Assembly: GCF_009914755.1 (NCBI RefSeq)
Contig: NC_060930.1
Origin: the human T2T-CHM13v2.0 reference genome, Homo sapiens
Direction: 5' to 3' (one strand)
Length of the DNA stretch: 64,000 nt
Positions 12,822-22,659 of the stretch are shown here, one piece after another. The first letter of the stretch is position 1; each line of letters starts with the position of its first letter. The notes under the pieces are model-generated. The model saw only the letters and a program-made list of their open reading frames with translations. It was not told the DNA's origin and ran no database searches. A program made the translations under genes and the position numbers.

Positions 12822-13409
12822 CTTGCCCTTTTTGTATTTCATAGAAGGTGTTTGTTCGCTTGTTGTTAAAAAAAAAAAAAAAAAAAGCAAGCTCTAACCA
12901 GAATCATTGTTTCCCAGCAGTCAATATATGTGGATTCCTTCCGAAGCATGCCACAATCCCTTTGGTGTAATCAAAATTCCTCCTTAGATACTCAGGTTGA
13001 TGTGCATAATTGTATCCTATTTCCTAGTGTTTACAGACATTCATATATTTCGGCTTTGTTGGGCTATGGCTGGATTTCTTAATAGTTTCAACCAACAAAG
13101 CACAAGACCAACCTCAGATTCCAGTGTGCACTGCTGTAAGGGTTCCTCCTCATTTCCCCATTGTTTGCAGTCCTTTGCCTGTGAAGTCAACGTTCTTCCC
13201 TCCACCCCACCTGCTTTATGCCTTGTTATTGTCCACAAGGATGATTTTTCAAAGCAGATGATAGAGGTAAAAACACAGTAAGGAAGAGGAAAAGACGCTT
13301 TAATTGTAACAATAATCAGCACGTGAAAATAATAGAAATGATCCCCTAGTCTTGGTGCTATTGATCTAGCTTCTCTAAGACTGATGGTATATAGTGGACA
13401 AAGGCCAAG

Positions 13410-14080
13410 TAACGACAATTTGTGGAAGAAACACAAATGGCTGATAGTAATATGTGTGAAACTCAATCTTGGTAATAACCAGAGAAATGCACCTTAAAAC
13501 AAGGGTACATTATATTTGTCTCTGATCTTAGCAAATATTTTAAAGTGAAAATAGTGATTGTGTGAATGCACATTGTTAGTGAGAGTGCAAATCAGTGAAG
13601 GGTTTTTAAAATTCTTACATCCTCTGAATCAGTAATTCTACTTCCAGGAATCTATTGTAAAGAAACTATAATAATAAAATGTGATACACAACATTACTTA
13701 TAAAAAAAACCAAGACACCAATAACAGGAAAATGGTTAAAATGAAATTTGGTGCAGTTCCTTTAGGTAATTTTTTAAAAAAAAAAATTTTAATATTTAAG
13801 AATGTTTGTTATATCACGTTAATCCAAAAAAAGATTCATAACTCTGTTATATACTCCATATCATGCATAGGAATATCCAATTTTGTTCTACACATATATT
13901 TTATGTAGGCAAATTTTTCACCATATAAACATGTTTAGATATGCGTCTTTGCATAGACAAATTATTAGAAATATAGAATATTAATAATTGTTTTTGTTAT
14001 AATTTATAAACTTTTTTTACTTTTTTCTATTTCTGATGGACTATGCTATGACATTTTTGTTTCTTTTAAATTTGGAATAG
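13410..14080 (+). mobile_element. L1ME-like 3' fragment
   Basis: gaagaaacacaaatggctgatag...agagaaatgcaccttaaaac...cagtaattctacttccaggaatctatt. Confidence 0.6.
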
Positions 14081-14465
14081 AAACGAGTAACATTGTAAAA
14101 ATATATTTATTACTTTTAGAAAAATAATGGATTAACATGTTGATACAAAATTGGTTGGTTTTCTTTTTTTGCTTGCTTCCAATTGTTACTGGAACCTCAA
14201 AACATTACTGAGTCCATAGCACAGAATGAGACATAACCATGCTAACATAATGATAGAAAAAGAGGTAAAACAATTGATTGACTCCACTGGTGAATCATGC
14301 TTAGAAGCTGCTCAAAGGAAACTGTACTCTGTGTGATATGAATAAACTCAGAAGACATTCTGGAACCATTTATAGTAGTGAAAGAAATACTTTATTAAGT
14401 GGTCTCCAATGTATGGACTAGAAATGATTAATCATTCCTGACATTTACTAAGGTAAAAATGTCAC

Positions 14466-14503
14466 AGATAAATAGACGGATGGATGGATAGATAGGTAGA
14501 TAG

Positions 14504-14559
<56 letters not shown>
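14466..14559. repeat. (GATA)n tetranucleotide STR with GGAT lead-in
   Basis: Long pure gata run read directly. Confidence 0.97.
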
Positions 14560-15279
14560 TATAAAGCAGTTAAACTACAGACAGAACAAAAAAACATTCA
14601 AGGTGAACATTTTATTTAGTTATTTCATTTGTTGACTTATCACTATTATTCTGTCTCTTCTACAAAGAGAACCAGGAATCAAAATTTCTGAAAATTCACT
14701 CTCTGCTCATCATCTATGGGCACGCATTTTCAAAAGGTGTTCTAAAAAATGAATACCTTATTGATTACTAGAAATTCAGCCTCAAACCTCTATAATCCCT
14801 GCCAATGTGGTAATGTGGGTCAGACCAAGAAATCTTGATTTTCCCCTAGCTTAAAGCTCAGACAAAAAGAGATTAGGTGGCTTATTTCTTTCTTACTGTC
14901 TCCTGGATCCACTGGGTTGATATTGCTTGGCTTTGTAACTCAGGGTTAGTAAAAAGAGGGATGGGAGATGTATTTTCTCACTGGTTAAAGGAAATTCTGG
15001 CCCACATTTCATCAGCAACCCCATGGAAATGGAATTATACAATTAAATACGAAGTTCTAAATAATAAAGAAATTTAACAGGGACATGGAAAATATGTATT
15101 CTAATCACTGGTATTTTCCAACTCAAAGCACCACTTACTGATAGTAGGACCAGGTGTTTTCCAGATTCCTTGACCTGACTCTTCTTACCAGTGAAGAATG
15201 GGCAACTCATAACTCCCATTAGAGGTTAATGTTCTAGTTACAATCACCAACTACTTGGAGTCTTTCTTTTAAAATGAGT

Positions 15280-15525
15280 AAAACAGCTACGATTGTGTAT
15301 TTTGTTATGTTCAAGGTATTACACTTATTGACTTACGTTGTTATTTCAATTAATCCTACCAAAGCCTCGACACACCAAGTGCTACGAGTTCTCACCCCCT
15401 CATGTAAGATGAGGGGACTGAGATTCCAACAGGGCCTCACAGCTGGAAGATACAGAGCTGGAATTCTTGTCCAAATTTGTCTAAGCACAGAGCTTTGATT
15501 CTTCACACCTCTGCAACACTGCCTG
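15280..15525 (-). mobile_element. MIR SINE
   Basis: ttaatcctacc...gtaagatgaggggactgaga...tcacagctggaagatacagagctggaattc matches the antisense MIR core. Confidence 0.75.
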
Positions 15526-16057
15526 GTGAACTCATTGATTTAACTAAATCATATTGTTTTAAAATCAGTGTAGACATCATTGTAGTGTGCTATGCTTTAC
15601 TTCATTCCAGGTTTTTAGTATGAATTTTAAGATCAAAGATGCTCTAGGTATCTGTAATTAGATGTTATCTGCTCATGAATCTACTGTATAAACCCAGCAT
15701 TTAAACCCAATCCCTCTCTAAAGTACACACGCACCCACATGTAAGTAACGTCTGTGGTATACTTCTTTGAGATTTGGAGGCAGGAGTGTGTGTACAGCAT
15801 TAAAAAACAAAAGCTGACCCTCTGTCCTTGAAACCATCCCTTCTCTTTTGACTGAATTCTGCTGGTTCACATCCCACTCTGGCAGCTTCTTCTCCATCTT
15901 ATCTTCTCCTAATTATGGCAATTATTCCCTAAATGATGGTATTTCTCAAGATTCAATATCTGTATCTGAGACTGCTAGCTGACCATCAACCCTATTTTCT
16001 CATATTTTAGGGCACAGTCAGGCAACTTTTCCCAACTTCATGTCCAACCAGTGGAGA

Positions 16058-16397
16058 TGACTCATCTCTTCCAGGTCAGACACATAAACATGTTCTATGC
16101 ATGATCCCCCATGCTCTTTACAGAGGTGTGGGCAAGCACAGTGACTCAGAGTGAATTTCAAAGTGGTAATGATTTGGCAGCCTGGCGCGGGCCCCTGGAT
16201 AAAATGCAAGACACAGAACTCCCTGCTTCTGCCCCCTCTGAATTGGACCCTATAAGGGAAATAGCTGTGCTTTAGTCAGGAGTAGGCTGAGGCAGCCTTC
16301 CAGCACAGCATGACTCAGCGGGTTTGGAGCACAGGGGCACAATCCCACACATTATGTAACCATGCCATGTGAGGCGCATTAGGTGATCACCCACGTG
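16058..16397. promoter_or_regulatory. Candidate enhancer motif cluster (3x AP-1, ARE-like, PAR-bZIP/CEBP, E-box)
   Basis: TGACTCA at 16058, 16142 and 16311 (last as TGACTCAGC); TTATGTAA 16352-16359; CACGTG 16392-16397; activity not shown. Confidence 0.4.
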
Positions 16398-16576
16398 AGC
16401 TCGTGCTTGGCTTGGAGCCACTGTTGTCTGTAAAAGGTATCATTACCCTGCTAACACTGTACCTATGGCTCACTCATACCCAGAGAGAGTAAAGTCATGT
16501 CAAAACTGTCTATGATTCCTCGAGTGTTTTTCTAGCTACCCGCCACTCTCCCTCAGGCCTCCATTAGAACCTGACA
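16251..16576 (+). mobile_element. Solo LTR, LTR18A/B-like (326 bp)
   Basis: tataagggaaatagctgtgctttagtcaggagtaggc...gaacctgaca; perfect 5-bp TSD gaccc (16246-16250, 16577-16581); agtaaa polyA-like signal; family name from recalled consensus. Confidence 0.75.
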
Positions 16577-16684
16577 GACCCATAAGATTTGGTTAAATGA
16601 GCAAGAAAGAAGTCACCTCTTTGTGAAACTGATGAAAATTGGGCATTTGTTGTTTTATGATCACTAGCCCATATTAGCCAATAT

Positions 16685-17550
16685 AGAAATTAGTATCTTG
16701 AAGTGGGTACTGCCCTGATGAAACTCTCAAATACGTGGCATTGTTTTAGCAGGCAGGAAGAGGTGGCAAGGAAAACTGATTCAGGCTGGAGAACTGAAAA
16801 GCCTGGTTATTCTATGGCAAAATACTTGGAAAACCGTCTTCCACATTAATGTGGTAGGCAGATCACCTTCCAGCCAAGCCTGTAGCATTGGGGCATCAGG
16901 TGGAAAGAGTTAGAGCTTTGCTGCGTTTGGTGACTTTAGGCTACCATTAGCTTGGGATGAAATAAGCTTAGACAAAATGTAATGGTTTGGAAACAGAAAT
17001 TAAAGTAAATATAGAACATCTGAAAATAAGGGACTTTTGGGGTTAGAAAAGGCAAGTGCTTCTGGCTCCAAACAGAAGGAAATAAAACCGATGAGAGCCT
17101 TGAGCAACAAAGGCTTACCAGACTTCTCAGTTGAACAAAATGACTTGGACCTGCATTAAATACCAAGCCCCATTGCCAAATCTGTTATTTAAGATAGCTT
17201 TAAAATAGCCACCAGTAAATTGAGAGAAAGAAGCATGTTAGGAGCAAGCAAACATAAAAGGCATGTGCAGGAATGAGCTTGGGCATGGCTCTTCCCCCAT
17301 GGAACTGACTGGACTAGAAATAAATAGGTCAGAAACCCATCTGTTTCTGAGCAAAGGGTGTTGCCCAAGAAAACATGAGCCTGGTCTATAAAAGCCCTAC
17401 AACTGTGAGGTGAGCCTTGAAACAACCTTCAGGAGCTAACATTTACCAAGCAGGAAGCAGGCAGCAAGTGATTTAACTACAAGGAGAGCCCACTCCCCAC
17501 AGCTGACTTCAGTGTAGCCATGGAAAAGGAAAAGAAAATAAAACCTCTCA
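16685..17550 (+). mobile_element. MLT1-int (MaLR internal region) fragment
   Basis: Starts gaaattagtatcttgaagtgggtactgcc directly after the LTR end; ggctggagaact...tggcaaaatacttgg are typical MaLR-int motifs. Confidence 0.65.
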
Positions 17551-17554
17551 AATG

Positions 17555-18480
17555 CACATCTATTTGATACTCATATAAAACAAATTATCCCCCAAACATA
17601 GCAACTTTAAAAACATTTATTACCTTACACAATTTCTGTGGGTTAAGAATCAAGGAGCAATTTAGCCAGGGGATTCTGGCTCAGGATCCCCCAGGAGGTT
17701 GCAGTCTTGTTGTTGGCTGTGGCTGCAGCCAGCTAAGGGCTTGACTGGTGCTCCAAGATCAGCTTCCAAAGTGGCTCAGTCTCAGACCCAGCAGGTTAGT
17801 GCAGGTGGTTGGCAGAGGCATCGGTTTCTCACCAAGTGCACCTCTCCACTGGGCTGCTCATGCACCCCCATGACACAGCAGCCATTCCCCTCTACAGAGG
17901 GTGATCCAGGAGGGGTCAGGATGGAAGTCACATGCTGTCGTTCCACAATATGCTACTGTTTGCCCAGGCCAGCCCTGCCCCATGTGAGAGAGGACTACAC
18001 AAAAGACTTGCATTAGGGCTGCGGAAACAGAAGACCACAGGGTGGGTGGCTTAAAACCACATTCTATCACAGCTCTGGAGGCAGGAAGTCCAAAACCGAG
18101 TGTCATAGGGTTGGTCCATTCTGGGGGCTCTGCGGGACAACCTCTTCCATGCTTCTCTCCTAGTATGTGTGGTTGCCAGCATTGCTGGGCCACCCTTGAC
18201 CTCCCATCTCTGCCTCTGTCTTCACATGGCCTGCTCCTCTCTGTCTCTGTCTGTCTCCAAATCTCCCTCTATTTGTAGAAAACCAGTTAGTGAATTTACA
18301 GACCACCAAACCCAGTAGTACCTTATCTTAACTTGACTACATCTGCAAAAACCCGCTTTCCAAATAAAGTCACTGAGGTTCCAGGTGGACATGAATTTTG
18401 GAGGGACACTATTCAACCCCACACAGACCAGAATGCCAGTAGCTGCCTGTCATCTGGGGCCATCGCGGAGGCTCAGGACA
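17555..18480 (-). mobile_element. MLT1F/G-like LTR, interrupted by a younger MLT1 LTR
   Basis: tttctgtgggttaagaatcaaggagcaatttagccagg...ggcttgactggtgctccaagatcagcttccaaagtggctc; terminal ggggccatcgcggaggct resumes after 18425. Confidence 0.7.
18008..18425 (-). mobile_element. MLT1B/C-like LTR
   Basis: gggtggcttaaaacc...cacagctctggaggcaggaagtccaaa...catctgcaaaaacccgctttccaaataaagtcac...gggacactattcaaccc. Confidence 0.85.
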
Positions 18481-19059
18481 ACAGCTGTGACCTTTGGGCT
18501 TCTACTGTTGCTGCTGTCATTGTGGCTGTTAAGCTGTTGTCCTACCTACACTATGCATTCCCTCCTCCTTTCACCCCGCAATTCCCCTTTGTCCATTCAG
18601 CCTATTCCTGTGGTTCCAACTTGTGCTACTGAGCTGATGAAATAACAAACTGTCATTTTGAACGGCCTTCTGAGTTCCAAAACCACATTTTGATTGTCCT
18701 GCTTAAAACTGTGATGCAAAATTTCCAAACCCTAGAGACATCTTCTAAACAGAATTTACCATCTAATCCCTACAGACACATAACAAGCTACACCCACTCA
18801 GATACATCATGAACGCCTCTCCCAACCCCCACGCCATCAATTATGAAATCCTTTTCTTTGCGCCACTCCTATCTCATTGCTGTCACTGCCCACATTCAAA
18901 GCCAGAACCGGAGGCCCCTCCTTCAGCATCTGCCAGTTCCAAGCCTATGCTACTGACAGTCCCCACCCCTGGGAGTGTTTGCACAGATATCGAGCAAAGC
19001 ACAGTGCTTCTTTATTATAAAATACTCAGTAGTTTCCTATTTCAGACTTTTTATACTCG

Positions 19060-19435
19060 TTTGTGAAAGCCCCACAGTCTGATGAAGCTGTTTTTCCTAA
19101 CATGATCAGTCCATTGCCTTTTTTTACTCAATGTGTTTCTTCTGCATGAATTGTCCTTCTTAATTCCTGCATCTTTAAAAATACCCCTCCAGTTCCATTT
19201 TCTTCAAGAAGCTATTCCAGGTCTCCACAGATAAAACTGGTCTCTCTCTTCCTTCACTCTCAGTACTAGATCCTGCCTTACTTATTGTATAGCTACATCA
19301 GAATGAAATTCTTAACACAGGTACCTGGATCCCTAGAAAAAGGAAAGATTCTTGGTCATCTTGTTGACTCTAGGGCCTGTCAGAGGAGACCCTGCACATT
19401 GTAAGAGTTTGATAAATACTTCTTGAATATATGTA
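19060..19435 (+). mobile_element. L2 3' fragment
   Basis: tttcttctgcatgaattgtccttc...ctgcacattgtaagagtttgataaatacttcttgaat. Confidence 0.55.
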
Positions 19436-20175
19436 GAATAAATTACTATTGAGCTATTTTATATTCTAAAATGATATGAATTAAAAAACAAATATTTAAT
19501 TAGATGCACTTTTGACAATGAAAATGCAGTTAATGTGTCATTTCCTATCCTTTTCATTTTAAGGGTTGTGAATGATCACCTCCTCAGTTTACAATGTCAA
19601 CAGTCAACTCAATGGTGAGAGAGAGAGAAAACAGCTTACTGTCCAATAATCAGAGGAAGATGTTGATTCTAAATTTTCACAAAAACCAATGCTGTTTCTC
19701 AGAAGAAACTAAAAACTATTAAACAGGGGTTTGATCTGATTTAATCTGGTTACTTTTCTTCTAAAAATAATCATTGGTAGAAGATGTTTGGGGGATTACA
19801 GAAAGGAATGTGTTTCACTGGGTCTCTCTCAGGTTTCCCTTTTGCAGGTGGACCCACATCTCACAGAGTAAGATGTATTCTTTCCTTCATCCAAGGAGAA
19901 CATCTTGGACCACACAACCTGAATGTATATCAGACACTGGCCCAGAGCAGAGACAGAGATGTTTTATTCATTTTCCCTGTTACATTTTTGCAGGAAAAAA
20001 ATATATTTTTTCACCAGAGCCAGAAGCCACAGGACTGGACTTGAACTATGAATTAGGGAAGTTCATATGTGCAAGTTACTTAACTGCCTGTGCTCTGCAA
20101 CATTATATTCACAACTTTGTAGTTCCCGAAGCTATAAGAAATTTATCAACTCGTTAACTCACTGTCTTTTTGCAG

Positions 20176-20294
20176 GCCAGAGTTCATAAAGTAGAAACTC
20201 ACTCTAAGGAACAATGGAAAAGAAAATCTTCAAGAATTTGCAGTATTTTCTACGGAAAACGAGGGGTCCATGGGGACCATTGATGCTGCCACGG
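20176..20294 (+). other. Candidate 119-nt exon of an unidentified, probably non-coding transcript
   Basis: Acceptor ctcactgtctttttgcag|G and donor CGG|gtaagc in non-repeat DNA; no transcript evidence available. Confidence 0.3.
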
Positions 20295-22324
20295 GTAAGC
20301 TTGTGGTCACTTACTCACACTTGATGTGTGGCCCTGGCCTGTGAGGTCACCCAAGCCACAATAGTCCTGGCAAAGTGGTTAACAGGATGTGGCTGGCAAG
20401 GTGGCTGTGGCCTCCCCTGGTGCCCGACACCCCCATCTGGGGCATCTGGGACCCTCACACTCGGCACCTGGCCCTCCCCTGACTCCCACCCAGGCTTGTC
20501 TCTCCAGGCTGCCACACACTGGGAGCTTTAGTCTCTCTACAATAGGAGGCTCCCTAAGGGCAGGACGTCTGACCCTTTCTTCACTGGCACCCCGGCCCTG
20601 GAAGAGGCTGGAATCACTGCACAGACCCATGCACCCTCGATGAATCGTGCATCTGGAGCCCTCAGCTGGGAGTGAGATAGAATCGAGGAGCAGAGCTGCC
20701 CCGTGGCCTTGGCCAGAGGTGCCAGGAGCTCAGGTGGAGGGGGGCTACCGGGCAGGATGCCCTGGCCACTGGCCTCCAGTGCCCTGGGGTGGGGTTGCTG
20801 CAGGGTGGCATAGTTGCTGCTCCCCCTGCCACATTCTGAGAGCTTCCCTGCTACTGGTAGACTTTGCAGTCAGTGGAAGCCTTCAAGGAAAATATAAGAA
20901 GTCCTTTAACTCTGTGCTTTTCTAAAATACACAGTCTCAAAGATCTTATTCTGTATGAAAACAATGTAGACATTCTTTGCGGCAGGAGAGCTAATTGTTA
21001 TCAATGACAAGTCCAAAAGATTTACCATGAATGAAGGAAATGCACTGGCATTTCTGCTAAGGTGTGGTATTTCCTCTCTTATACCCGCATGCTGGTGGCT
21101 GTTTGTACAGGGAGCAGGGAGTGAGCACCTGTTAAAGAAAACGCTATCTCCCTGCCCCAAACATGTTGACAGAGGGCTATCTTGCTCTGGGAGATTTTCT
21201 TTCTTCCTCTTAAAAAACAATATGAAGAATATTTTTCTTCTTAAAAAATGCACAGAGAACAGTATTGCAAATAAAGAAAATACACCACATAGAGTGGTAC
21301 TGGAGAGCTCAAATGTCATGAAAAGATACTTAGTAAATACACTTAGCAACATTAAATCAGCATTAGAGTAACTACTACAGTAAAATAAAAATATACCTAA
21401 CAGAAAAGAATGGACCACCCTGCTAAGCCCATGAGGCACAAGCCCACATGCAGATGAACACTGCAAGATGTTCTAAGTGCTGGCCTTTAATGCTTAGAGT
21501 TAAAACATGATGGGCACCTGGAGGCCACAGGTCTTAAGAAAGTCAATGAATTTCTCAGTACTTTCAGGAAATATGTATTAAAGATCCCCCAAGAGAAATT
21601 CGTATGTGCTGTAAGCCCAGCAATAAATGTACTTAGCACATGTGGAAATCAAGGCCATTCTGAAGAACTCTGTGACTTCTCATTTGTAGAAACACTGGGT
21701 GTAAATCAACGGTGCAGTAGATTTTCAGGGCAAACACAAGACCATGAGTCCCTTGAGGGTAAACCCACTGGACATCCCTAGCAATCTCCATCCCCAAGAT
21801 AAACACTGGCTTATTTCCTTGCTTTTTTATTGAGTTGATAAAGAAATTTGACGCTCATATGGAAATCTGAAATCTGAGCTACTGGGTTATGAATTAAGTA
21901 GATGATTTTCTAAAATATCTTCTTTATATTCTATATAAATAAATAGTAATGAGTAAATAAATACAGTTTAACGTCTCAGCCAATGGAACAATGTCTGCTA
22001 CAGCCAGGCCCAGCTTCACGGAATAGAACTAGGAACAAACAAATGGCCTCTGAGATTTTCAGTATGTTTGCTGATGAGAGATGTATAATTCTATAAACCA
22101 GGGCTGGTTCGAGGTTTTGTTTTGTTTTGTTTCACCTCCTTCTCCTCTCCCTCCTTCTCTTCCGCCTCCATATTTCCCTTCATCTCCCAGCTCCCCTCCG
22201 TTTTCAAGCCCCCTCCTAATGGAGAAGATGAGGAGGGTGAGTCCAGGCATCCAGGTTCTAACTGTGAGAGCAGGGCTGGGGTCTGCAATGATGAATGGTG
22301 GGTGCCAAGGTGGCTGAGAATTCC

Positions 22325-22470
22325 CCTTTACTGAGACCACCATGTGCCAGGCACTGGGCTGGGGTGTCCCACGCCTCATTTACCATATACAAACAGGAAG
22401 CTGAGAACCTAAGTAACACAGATTACTTTAAGGTAACCTAAAGTCACAGCTAATCCTAATCCTAGGTCTT
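22325..22470 (-). mobile_element. MIR fragment
   Basis: tttactgagaccaccatgtgccaggcactgggct...acaggaagctgag...aagtcacagcta. Confidence 0.6.
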
Positions 22471-22479
22471 CCCTTCTGT

Positions 22480-22635
22480 ATTCAGAGCCTGAGCACAGCT
22501 TTGATTCCTGTCTCCTGCTTCCTAACTGTGTGCCCTGGGGATGTGTACTCAACCACTGTGTGCTTCCTTGGGGATGATAGTGATAGCTACCTCAAGATGA
22601 TTGTGAGGACTAAATGAGGCAATCCATGCAATAGG
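22480..22635 (+). mobile_element. MIR fragment
   Basis: ctaactgtgtgccctgggg...ggggatgatagtgatagctacctcaagatgattgtgaggactaaatgag. Confidence 0.7.
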
Positions 22636-22659
22636 CAGTGTATCTATCCATTTCTTCTA

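Larger units (their letters stand above)
16005..16684 (+). mobile_element. Old MLT1 LTR, split by the LTR18-like insertion
   Basis: MLT1-like ggcagcctgg...cagaactccctgc; 3' part aatgagcaagaaagaagtcacctctttgtg...ttagccaatata, directly followed by MaLR internal sequence. Confidence 0.5.

Noticed and set aside
20300-20880. CpG island promoter
   Set aside because: GC-rich but CpG dinucleotides are sparse; kept only as a compositional finding.
20906-21466. 186-aa minus-strand ORF
   Set aside because: Non-ATG start, F/L/S-rich composition typical of T-rich non-coding DNA, no recognisable domain.
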